Shown here: in pieces, positions 30,679 through 37,357 of the stretch
Layout of the letters: each line of letters begins with the position of its first letter
How positions within the stretch are numbered: the stretch's first letter is position 1
Origin: a virus
IMG/VR virus record: IMGVR_UViG_3300027917_001949
Location: 32,001-96,000 of that record
Direction: 5' to 3' (one strand)
Length of the DNA stretch: 64,000 nucleotides
Position numbers and translations under genes: made by a program
The notes under the pieces: model-generated
Told to the model about the DNA's origin: nothing
Database searches by the model: none
Seen by the model: the letters and a program-made list of their open reading frames with translations, nothing else

Positions 30679-30780
30679 GCAGGGGATAGTTTAACGGTAA
30701 AATAGCTGTAAAGTTGAAAGAGTTGACTTTATTATCCTAGATAAGGAGTAGCTGTCGGTTCGAGTCCGACTTCCCTGCCA
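30679..30780 (+). ncRNA. tRNA-like RNA with anticodon arm replaced by a branched domain
   Basis: gcagggga/ttccctgc; D arm; gtcgg-ttcgagt-ccgac; agctg/tagct stem enclosing two hairpins. Confidence 0.6.
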
Positions 30781-30783
30781 CAT

Positions 30784-30860
30784 GAGGTCGTAGCTCAATT
30801 AGGCAGAGCACTGGTCTCTTAAACCAGTCGTTAAGGGTTCGATTCCCTTCGACCTCACCA
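30784..30860 (+). tRNA. tRNA-Lys(CTT)
   Basis: ctggt-ct CTT aa-accag; CCA. Confidence 0.9.
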
Positions 30861-30862
30861 AT

Positions 30863-30919
30863 GGGCTAGTGAGTTAATGGTAACGGTGCACAATATGGGT
30901 CCGATTCCCATCTAGTCCA
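30863..30919 (+). ncRNA. 57-nt tRNA-like RNA lacking the anticodon arm
   Basis: gggctag/ctagtcc; D arm gtt-aatggt-aac; T arm atggg-tccgatt-cccat. Confidence 0.55.
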
Positions 30920-30953
30920 CATGGGCATCGATAGGACAATCCCTACGTTGTTC

Positions 30954-31015
30954 AATAGGCATAAGCAGTTCCTATTTTTACAGAAATGTCTTTTGTGTTT
31001 TACTGCTCGCCGATT
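30954..31015 (+). ncRNA. Small RNA motif, copy 1
   Basis: ggc-ata-agcagt-tcctat...t-actgct-c-gcc; two further copies at 59353 and 59415 on -. Confidence 0.6.
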
Positions 31016-31018
31016 AAT

Positions 31019-31092
31019 GGGGCTATAGTCTAATGGCAGGACACTACCCCCTCAAGGTAGCATTGTCGGTTCGAATCCGTCTAGCCCTACCA
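31019..31092 (+). tRNA. tRNA-Glu(CTC), C33
   Basis: ctacc-cc CTC aa-ggtag; CCA. Confidence 0.85.
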
Positions 31093-31430
31093 TGAAAAAA
31101 GTAGAAACTTTTACGGCACGAATATACTTAGGACTCAAGGAAGGATATAATGGTCGTGTTCGTGGGTTTGATGAGGTTAGAAAGTGTCTGGAAGAGTATG
31201 TGAAGGTTAATCCCTTCTGCTTTACTCTTGAGCATACTATCTTTATCCACACGGATGGCACAGAACCTGGTGCAGTGATTGGGATTATTAACTATCCACG
31301 TTTCCCCAGAACTAGACCAGAGCTAAAGAAGATAGCTTTAAAAGTGGCAGAAGACCTGCGTGTGTTGTTCGTGCAAAACAGAGTATCTGTAGTGTTTACA
31401 GATGAAACGGTAATGCTTGGTGACGAGTAG
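31092..31430 (+). CDS. Conserved phage hypothetical protein
   Basis: IYLGLKEGY..EPG..IINYPRFP..QNRVSV; ATG shares the A of the tRNA CCA. Confidence 0.7.
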   Translation: MKKVETFTARIYLGLKEGYNGRVRGFDEVRKCLEEYVKVNPFCFTLEHTIFIHTDGTEPGAVIGIINYPRFPRTRPELKKIALKVAEDLRVLFVQNRVSVVFTDETVMLGDE

Positions 31431-31673
31431 ATGCCGAACACTCGCTACTTGAAACTAATTTGTGTATCCTGTCACAAGCGTAAGAAGGATTGTACATGTC
31501 ACTCTCATTACGCAAAGTATCATGGTGCAAAATATGGGTATACGTGGTGTGTTGATGTTGGTGTTGGCGCATATTGTGATGAATGCGTAAATAGGTTTTA
31601 TTGTTTTACTCATCGAGGATGGTTTGGGACAGATTTACCAGACTATAAATCGTATTACGGAGTATTGAATTAG
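31431..31673 (+). CDS. Small protein with CxxCxxRFxC motif
   Basis: CDECVNRFYCFT. Confidence 0.6.
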   Translation: MPNTRYLKLICVSCHKRKKDCTCHSHYAKYHGAKYGYTWCVDVGVGAYCDECVNRFYCFTHRGWFGTDLPDYKSYYGVLN

Positions 31674-31768
31674 GGAGCGTAGCACAATTTGGCAGTGCAG
31701 CAGTCTTATAAGCTGTTTAGGGTCTGATACACCCGAGGTTACAGGTTCGAGTCCTGTCGCTCCTACCA
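31673..31768 (+). tRNA. tRNA with TAT (Ile) anticodon and a 24-nt variable region
   Basis: gggagcg/cgctcct; gcagt-ct TAT aa-gctgt; gggt/accc variable stem; A73-CCA. Confidence 0.75.
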
Positions 31769-31831
31769 ACAAACTCGTCACGCTTTTAATAATGTGGTCA
31801 TTACTTTAAGCGCAACCTGACGAGTGTTTAT

Positions 31832-31909
31832 CCCCCTGTAGCTCAATTGGATTTAGAGCACGACGCTACGAACGTCGGTTAGTTGCGGGTTCGAGTCCTG
31901 TCAGGGGGT
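31832..31909 (+). tRNA. tRNA-Arg(ACG), no CCA
   Basis: cgacg-ct ACG aa-cgtcg. Confidence 0.85.
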
Positions 31910-31911
31910 CG

Positions 31912-32064
31912 ATGATTAAGAATTGGTGTAGAGGATACAGAGAGTATTCGAAAGAGATACCAATGTGTAAGTTCTACGGAACAACTGAACATCCAGATTT
32001 TAAGCCAACATGTTCGAAGAAATTGAAAGCAGGGGTTCACTGCCATGTTAAACCCGATAAGTGA
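31912..32064 (+). CDS. Small Cys-containing protein (50 aa, absent from ORF track)
   Basis: MIKNWCRGY...HCHVKPDK*; starts 2 nt after tRNA. Confidence 0.5.
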   Translation: MIKNWCRGYREYSKEIPMCKFYGTTEHPDFKPTCSKKLKAGVHCHVKPDK

Positions 32065-32078
32065 TTTCCTTAGCGAAT

Positions 32079-32154
32079 GCTCCCGTAGCTGAATTGGAAC
32101 AGCAACTCCCTTCTAAGGAGAAGTATAAGGGTTCGAGTCCCTTCGGGAGTACCA
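32079..32154 (+). tRNA. tRNA-Arg(TCT)
   Basis: ctcc-ct TCT aa-ggag; CCA. Confidence 0.9.
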
Positions 32155-32376
32155 ATGAATACTCAATTAACCGGAGTTCTGATTGAGCACACCAGTCACA
32201 ATAACAACATTGACGAGGTTATTGCGGCAATGAAGGGTGTGCGACTTGATGAGTATCTTGGTTACGTTGCACCAAATTATGTGATAACATTTCGAATGGT
32301 TTTGTTTCTTTGTAAACATGCTGGTACTAACTGTGATGACTGTGAACTACGTTTCAAATGTTGGACATTAAAATAA
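32155..32376 (+). CDS. Small protein with C-terminal CxxCxxRFxC motif
   Basis: CKHAGTNCDDCELRFKCWT. Confidence 0.65.
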   Translation: MNTQLTGVLIEHTSHNNNIDEVIAAMKGVRLDEYLGYVAPNYVITFRMVLFLCKHAGTNCDDCELRFKCWTLK

Positions 32377-32379
32377 GAC

Positions 32380-32408
32380 TTGACAAAGTCGAAAAAATAT
32401 GATATAAT
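32380..32408 (+). promoter_or_regulatory. Sigma70-type promoter
   Basis: TTGACA-17-TATAAT with TG. Confidence 0.8.
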
Positions 32409-32419
32409 AGAAGGAGAGC

Positions 32420-32530
32420 ATGGAGAAGATTTTAGAAGTATTTTGTAGAGTTTTTGGTCATGACCATACATACAATCATGGTGAACAGATTTGTAGTGTA
32501 TGCGGTAATGTCAAAGAAGACGACGAGTAG
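32420..32530 (+). CDS. 36-aa protein (C..GH..CxxCG)
   Basis: RBS aaggag; MEKILEVFCRVFGHD..ICSVCG. Confidence 0.55.
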   Translation: MEKILEVFCRVFGHDHTYNHGEQICSVCGNVKEDDE

Positions 32531-32539
32531 TCGTCAAAT

Positions 32540-32620
32540 CTCGCTGTAGTCGGGGGAGTTTCCTAAACTCTTAGCCGTAAGAGGTATCTGTAAATGAGGG
32601 TTCAAGTCCCTCCAGCGAGT
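32540..32620 (+). ncRNA. Aberrant tRNA-like RNA, possibly D-armless with CCT anticodon
   Basis: ctcgctg/cagcgag; gaggg-ttcaagt-ccctc; ggagt-tt CCT aa-actct. Confidence 0.5.
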
Positions 32621-32697
32621 CGGGGACGAGTACAGCCGATGAAAAGGTATTCAAAGGTAATTGCTGTATGACTTGCAATACTGGTACTCCCCAACAT

Positions 32698-32774
32698 GCG
32701 GGTATGATGCAATTGGCAGACATGCTACGCTTAGAACGTAGATTTTGCAGGTTCGAGTCCTGCTACCCGCACCA
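32698..32774 (+). tRNA. tRNA-Leu(TAG), short variable loop
   Basis: ctacg-ct TAG aa-cgtag; CCA. Confidence 0.85.
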
Positions 32775-32894
32775 TACTAATATACTGAGGGAATCTGAAA
32801 AAGATGAGACTGGAAGTTGATGGTTACTATCCCAGTCATGGGTGTCCGAGAAGCGGCAATGGTGGAGCGTCCATAGTAGGTGTATTAGTACTAC

Positions 32895-32970
32895 GGTGCA
32901 TTGGTGTTAATGGTGAGCATACTACCCTGTCAAGGTTGAGGGAGGGGTTCGTGTCCCCTATGCACCGCCA
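32895..32970 (+). tRNA. tRNA-Asp(GTC)
   Basis: acc-ct GTC aa-ggt; G73-CCA. Confidence 0.85.
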
Positions 32971-33246
32971 ATGAATAAGATTGTCCGTTATCGGATTCTT
33001 TTCAGTGATGAGTTTAAAGAAGGTGTGATACAATGTAGCACTACGCTATGCGGTGACTGTCCGGTCAGGTTTAAATGCTGGACAAGTCGTGTGGTCAGTG
33101 ACTACTTTTCTATCGCTTTCGAGGTAACACCGTATGAGCTTTTCTCGCTACAGTGGTTTAAGTTTGGAGAAAAGTTTAACGGAATGAAATATGAAACGGA
33201 CACTAAAAAACGATTGGTAGAGTGGCGACGTAGCCAAGAGGTTTAA
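32971..33246 (+). CDS. Small protein with CxxCxxRFxC motif
   Basis: CSTTLCGDCPVRFKCWT. Confidence 0.65.
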   Translation: MNKIVRYRILFSDEFKEGVIQCSTTLCGDCPVRFKCWTSRVVSDYFSIAFEVTPYELFSLQWFKFGEKFNGMKYETDTKKRLVEWRRSQEV

Positions 33247-33297
33247 GGCGGCTGTCTGCAAAACAGCTTTTCATGGGTTCGAATCCCATCGTCGCCT
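33224..33297 (+). tRNA. tRNA-Cys(GCA), no CCA
   Basis: gctgt-ct GCA aa-acagc; U73. Confidence 0.9.
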
Positions 33298-33299
33298 CA

Positions 33300-33647
33300 A
33301 TGAGTCCTAACGAATTATGTTTGGAGATTGCGAAAGCAATCCACGTACCATCAAGGTATATAGAGTTTGATACGAGTAAATATATCTATAAGTGTACGTG
33401 CGGTCTCTGTGACGAAGCTTGGACACATGAGATAGTGCGTGAAGCATTTGTTGCAGAAGATGAGGTTGAACAAAGACGGCTTCAAGGTTTGATGTGGTAT
33501 TACCACCGAACTAGAATTGGGGGTAACATATTCATTTTAAGTAATATGATGTGTTATGAACTTGGTCGCAGGTCTGGTTTACTGCAAGCATGTAACGACT
33601 GTACTCATAGGTACAAATGTATCACTAATAGTTTTATTCTGGTGTAG
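33300..33647 (+). CDS. Protein with C-terminal CxxCxxRYxC motif
   Basis: CNDCTHRYKCIT. Confidence 0.65.
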   Translation: MSPNELCLEIAKAIHVPSRYIEFDTSKYIYKCTCGLCDEAWTHEIVREAFVAEDEVEQRRLQGLMWYYHRTRIGGNIFILSNMMCYELGRRSGLLQACNDCTHRYKCITNSFILV

Positions 33648-33712
33648 TACAAAGGTAGTGCACTCGGCTGTTAACCGAGGATATAGTGGTTCGAGTCCAC
33701 TCACCAGAGCCA
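33638..33712 (+). tRNA. tRNA-Asn(GTT)
   Basis: ctcgg-ct GTT aa-ccgag; G73-CCA. Confidence 0.9.
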
Positions 33713-33994
33713 ATGTTAATATTTGAAGTAGTACGAGATAGAGAGTTAAAGGTAGCATACGTTAACAGACTTGATTGCGGTGCTCGTGATTGTAATCAAT
33801 GTATCGGACGCTTCATTTGTTTTACCCAAAAAACTGGGTATTTCATGGGTGAGAAAGGTCTTATAATGGAGGAAGAACAGGCTAGACGATTAAGACACCA
33901 TCCATCTATCGAAGTAAACATGTTTTACGATGGGCAGAGACACGCAGTGGGTAAGAAATGGGACGGGGATAACTATGTCCCAGAGTTTGAATAA
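33713..33994 (+). CDS. Small protein with CxxCxxRFxC motif
   Basis: CGARDCNQCIGRFICFT; exactly fills the gap between two tRNAs. Confidence 0.65.
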   Translation: MLIFEVVRDRELKVAYVNRLDCGARDCNQCIGRFICFTQKTGYFMGEKGLIMEEEQARRLRHHPSIEVNMFYDGQRHAVGKKWDGDNYVPEFE

Positions 33995-34072
33995 GGCAGC
34001 ATGGACTAATCTGGTTATGTCACCACTCTTTCAAAGTGGAGATTACGGGTTCAAATCCCGTTGCTGCTACCA
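33995..34072 (+). tRNA. tRNA-Glu(TTC)
   Basis: ccact-ct TTC aa-agtgg; CCA. Confidence 0.9.
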
Positions 34073-34081
34073 TGATAGTAT

Positions 34082-34157
34082 AGCGGGGTGGAGCAGTGGT
34101 TAGCTCGACTGGCTCATAACCAGTAGGTCGAGGGTTCAAATCCCTCCCCCGCCACCA
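34082..34157 (+). tRNA. tRNA-fMet(CAT), initiator-like
   Basis: A1:C72 mismatch; gcggggtggagcag; actgg-ct CAT aa-ccagt. Confidence 0.85.
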
Positions 34158-34532
34158 ATGGAATATTGCACTTATAATAGGATATGTGCTAATAAGATAA
34201 GTTGTTTGGAGTGGACCGATGTCGGTACTTGTGATTATTATGGTCACTACCGACGGGTAACACCACCAGAGAAAACGGTTTATCACATGCGGAGTCAGGA
34301 TTGTCAACACCTTACTCGTACCATCACTCCAGAGCATCAGAAGTTATGCGAAGATTGTGACCATAGATTTTACTGTTGGACTTCTGAATACTGGGGTAAT
34401 GATATGTATGAGCAACATAAGCATTATATCTATGTTAAGAGTACTGCAATAGCACGAGCACGTAATATCGCTCGTCAAGAGAAGGAAGCACGGTTGCTTA
34501 GTATTGAAACATATGGATTGACAAGTGCGTAA
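34158..34532 (+). CDS. Protein with CxxCxxRFxC motif
   Basis: CEDCDHRFYCWT. Confidence 0.65.
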   Translation: MEYCTYNRICANKISCLEWTDVGTCDYYGHYRRVTPPEKTVYHMRSQDCQHLTRTITPEHQKLCEDCDHRFYCWTSEYWGNDMYEQHKHYIYVKSTAIARARNIARQEKEARLLSIETYGLTSA

Positions 34533-34827
34533 AGGTATCAAGATACCGAAATTAAGTGTACGTTTATGTAATAACTGCGGCTTAATCATGGTCGTCCAGG
34601 GTGACAGTCAATGGCTTTCGTGTCGTAGATGTCGTTCGAAACACCTGAAATTCTTGTGTTCCACTGAAGAGAATGATATTACAACAGGTATGATGGAAGA
34701 GTGTAATACCTGTAAGCATCGATTTAGATGTATTACTCAACGGTCACGTGCATATGTATACACTCCTATTTATCGAAACTCCGAGGGTGTGAGACGGAAA
34801 ATTGGACAACGTTCAAGACCACGATGA
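34525..34827 (+). CDS. Zn-ribbon protein with CxxCxxRFxC motif
   Basis: CNTCKHRFRCIT. Confidence 0.65.
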   Translation: MRKGIKIPKLSVRLCNNCGLIMVVQGDSQWLSCRRCRSKHLKFLCSTEENDITTGMMEECNTCKHRFRCITQRSRAYVYTPIYRNSEGVRRKIGQRSRPR

Positions 34828-34833
34828 TTTTAT

Positions 34834-34905
34834 TTCCCCGTAGTCTAATTGGTATGACTGCTGGCTCTGAACCAGTCAATTCAGGTTCGAATCCTGACGG
34901 GGGAA
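34834..34905 (+). tRNA. tRNA-Gln(CTG), no CCA
   Basis: gctgg-ct CTG aa-ccagt. Confidence 0.85.
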
Positions 34906-34908
34906 CAG

Positions 34909-35181
34909 ATGAAGCGAGTATTTAAGCTAAATAAAAGCGGTAATAATACTTACATATGTATGGGTGGTGGATGTGATAGATGTTGTATGAGATTTAAGTG
35001 CTTTTCTGTTAGTAAGTATGAGTATTTTGTCGTTGACTGGCATCTGATACACACCAATGAAAGCCCGACAAAATACTTGGAACGGCAGACTCATAGCAGA
35101 GTGTACGTGAAAGGAAGTAAACGATATAACAAAGCATTGTTAGACATGGGAATATCACCATTGTTGTTTACAACCTATTAG
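34909..35181 (+). CDS. Small protein with CxxCxxRFxC motif
   Basis: CMGGGCDRCCMRFKCFS. Confidence 0.65.
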   Translation: MKRVFKLNKSGNNTYICMGGGCDRCCMRFKCFSVSKYEYFVVDWHLIHTNESPTKYLERQTHSRVYVKGSKRYNKALLDMGISPLLFTTY

Positions 35182-35255
35182 GCGTTGTAACCCAACCAGG
35201 CAGAGGTAACTGGCTAAGAACCAGTGAAGTGCAGGTTCGAATCCTGTCAACGCCA
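35181..35255 (+). tRNA. tRNA-Leu(AAG), A34, short variable loop, no CCA
   Basis: ggcgttg/caacgcc; actgg-ct AAG aa-ccagt. Confidence 0.85.
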
Positions 35256-35256
35256 C

Positions 35257-35487
35257 ATGAGGAATCCAGATAGAATACCTTTAATATTGGAAACCATATA
35301 TGAGATATGGATAGAAAACCCAGATTTAAGGTTGATGCAACTTTTAGGTAATTGTTTTTCTCCGGCAGATAATTACCACCGTGAGGATGACGTATTACTT
35401 GAACGATTGCGACAAGTATATGGTAAGTCGAGTGAACGCTCTACGAGAGAGGAAAGTCCGAACACCGCAGAGCAGGATGCAGGGTAA
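35257..35487 (+). CDS. DUF1040/YihD-like small protein
   Basis: MRNPDRIPLIL..W..NPDLRLMQLL; 3' end overlaps the RNase P RNA. Confidence 0.65.
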   Translation: MRNPDRIPLILETIYEIWIENPDLRLMQLLGNCFSPADNYHREDDVLLERLRQVYGKSSERSTREESPNTAEQDAG

Positions 35488-35820
35488 CACCCTGGCAGAG
35501 TAATCTGACGACTAGTGCAACAGAGACGAGTCAGTAGTTCGAGGTATGGGGTATTGGTAGCTCATATCCCTGTGGAATAGTATGGTTGTTTCTCTATATA
35601 GACACGTCATCGTACTGTGGAGGATGGCTACTTTCAGTAGGACTTACTGGGTGAAACGGGTAAACTCCATCCGGTGCAACCCCAAGCAGAAAGCAAATCG
35701 GCGATTCCGTTTAAGACCTGCTCGGTCAAGCTTTCGGGTCGGGGGCAAGGAGTTTAATGGTAACATTAAACCAAGATAAATGTTCACATAGTACAGAATT
35801 CGGCTTATAGATTTACCATA
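35420..35820 (+). ncRNA. rnpB: RNase P RNA
   Basis: GAGGAAAGTCC, AGTGCAACAGA, GTGAAAC, GGTAAACTCC..GCAA, ACAGAATTCGGCTTA in the correct order; P1 atatggtaagtc/gatttaccatat. Confidence 0.9.
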
Positions 35821-35824
35821 TTAA

Positions 35825-35900
35825 GTGTCCGAAGTGTAACGGTTGTGCACGGGAGATTGTGGCTCTCTCTGAGTGGGTTCGATTCCCACCGGACACTCCA
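35825..35900 (+). tRNA. tRNA-His(GTG) with A(-1)/U73
   Basis: gtgtccg/cggacac; ggaga-tt GTG gc-tctct; U73-CCA. Confidence 0.85.
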
Positions 35901-36124
35901 TGTACCTTATCGCAAATAACTATCGATATTCCTACAGTAGAGAATATCCATACTTTAACGGTGACCTTGTCGTATGTTGGCAAGATATACCATGTGAGGA
36001 ATGTAAAGATAGGTTTTATTGCTTTACCCATGTAACTCACGTAAACAGTCCTTATTTTAGTTTAAGTGATGAACTTAGAAGGAGACCGAGTAGTGCAGAC
36101 TTATCTCAGAAGCAAGATACGTAA
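35900..36124 (+). CDS. Small protein with CxxCxxRFxC motif
   Basis: CWQDIPCEECKDRFYCFT; ATG shares the A of CCA. Confidence 0.65.
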   Translation: MYLIANNYRYSYSREYPYFNGDLVVCWQDIPCEECKDRFYCFTHVTHVNSPYFSLSDELRRRPSSADLSQKQDT

Positions 36125-36440
36125 TTTAGTAGTTACTGATGTTAACGTCAGTTACGATGGAAGTATTAGTTTAGACCCAGAATTAATGGAAATGGCTGGC
36201 ATTTCCCCGTTCGAACAAGTTCATGTGCTTAATGTTACGAATGGTGAACGGTTCATAACATATGCAATTAAGGGTGAAAAGGATGAGGTTTGTGTGAATG
36301 GTGCGGCAGCTCATTTGGTGGAGTTTAACGATGTATTAATGGTTCTTACCTATGAGATTGTTGACCATGGTGTGGTAAGACATTACGCTAATCACCCAAC
36401 TATAGTCGATGCCGAAGCACGGCACAAGTATTTGATATAA
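36093..36440 (+). CDS. panD: Aspartate 1-decarboxylase
   Basis: LRSKI..VT..YDGSISLD..EQVHVLNVTNGERFITYAI..VNGAAAHLV; RBS aaggag before GTG. Confidence 0.9.
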   Translation: MQTYLRSKIRNLVVTDVNVSYDGSISLDPELMEMAGISPFEQVHVLNVTNGERFITYAIKGEKDEVCVNGAAAHLVEFNDVLMVLTYEIVDHGVVRHYANHPTIVDAEARHKYLI

Positions 36441-36442
36441 TT

Positions 36443-36518
36443 GCGGATGAAATTCATTTGGTTGAATGCTGCGTTGCCAACGCAGATGTAGCGGGTTCGA
36501 ATCCCGCCATCCGCTCCA
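36443..36518 (+). tRNA. tRNA-Gly(GCC)
   Basis: ctgcg-tt GCC aa-cgcag; U73-CCA. Confidence 0.9.
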
Positions 36519-36519
36519 C

Positions 36520-36593
36520 GCTAGAGTGATGCAACTGGCAGACATGTCCGTCTCAAAAACGGGATTTTGAGGGTTCGAATCCCTCCTCTAGCA
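36520..36593 (+). tRNA. tRNA-Leu(CAA), short variable loop, no CCA
   Basis: tccgt-ct CAA aa-acggg. Confidence 0.85.
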
Positions 36594-36594
36594 C

Positions 36595-36687
36595 ATGAAA
36601 ACAAATCGATTAGATTTCGTTTTATTGATATTTTTTATAGCTATGTTTGTAGCATTGGCATTTTTGGGAGTGTCGGTTAATGGATAA
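36595..36687 (+). CDS. 30-aa single-pass membrane peptide (absent from ORF track)
   Basis: MKTNRLDFVLLIFFIAMFVALAFLGVSVNG*. Confidence 0.45.
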   Translation: MKTNRLDFVLLIFFIAMFVALAFLGVSVNG

Positions 36688-36740
36688 ACCAACGGATTCC
36701 AAACCCGTGACTGAGAGTTCGAATCTTTCCACTCCCGCCA
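36666..36740 (+). tRNA. tRNA-Trp(CCA)
   Basis: acgga-tt CCA aa-cccgt; G73-CCA. Confidence 0.85.
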
Positions 36741-36748
36741 AATCTATC

Positions 36749-36940
36749 GTGGTAGATACTGGTATACTTGGAATGGTAGGGAACATTGGCAGTTTCACAG
36801 TTAGATGTTTCGGTGACAACTGTGAGGAATGTTTTTTGCGGTTTAAATGCTATACTACTCGTTCTGATGAGATACATATTCATATGGATGAGTGGTTTAA
36901 AGTGAAACCGAAAATCGTTTATACACGAGTAGAGGTATGA
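36749..36940 (+). CDS. Small protein with CxxCxxRFxC motif
   Basis: CFGDNCEECFLRFKCYT; GTG start after tRNA-Trp. Confidence 0.6.
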   Translation: MVDTGILGMVGNIGSFTVRCFGDNCEECFLRFKCYTTRSDEIHIHMDEWFKVKPKIVYTRVEV

Positions 36941-37245
36941 TGCGTGGTAAAAGATTACGTGATGCGACTATAAAAGCTGAACATACTTTCGAGAAATATC
37001 AGGGCTATAATCCACGGGATGAGAAGCTATTAACGGCTCGTTGGATACCTTGGACAGAGGACGAAATAGCACGTACCGTAGGAATTTTTAGAAAAACTAA
37101 AGTACCATGTTCATGTGTAATGTGTGGTAATCCAAGAAGATACTTTGGAGAATTGACATTCGGAGAGATAAGACAACATTTAGATGCTGATGCACAATGT
37201 GAAGAAGTAGATTGGTATCATAAAAAAGTAAGATGGTCGGTGTAG
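36937..37245 (+). CDS. Conserved phage hypothetical protein
   Basis: TKVPCSCVMCGNPRRYFGELT. Confidence 0.65.
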   Translation: MMRGKRLRDATIKAEHTFEKYQGYNPRDEKLLTARWIPWTEDEIARTVGIFRKTKVPCSCVMCGNPRRYFGELTFGEIRQHLDADAQCEEVDWYHKKVRWSV

Positions 37246-37312
37246 CCCAACTGGCAGAGGTGATAGGCTTAAACCCTATTCAGTGTGAGTTCGAATCTCA
37301 CCACCGACACCA
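37236..37312 (+). tRNA. tRNA-Leu(TAA), short variable loop
   Basis: atagg-ct TAA ac-cctat; CCA. Confidence 0.85.
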
Positions 37313-37328
37313 AGCCATATACTGGGTA

Positions 37329-37357
37329 TTGACAAATTGCAGTAACTGTGGTATAAT
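37329..37357 (+). promoter_or_regulatory. Sigma70-type promoter
   Basis: TTGACA-17-TATAAT with TG. Confidence 0.8.

Noticed and set aside
30679-30780. Intron-containing tRNA
   Set aside because: Removing an internal segment by eye did not regenerate a 5-bp stem with a 7-nt anticodon loop.
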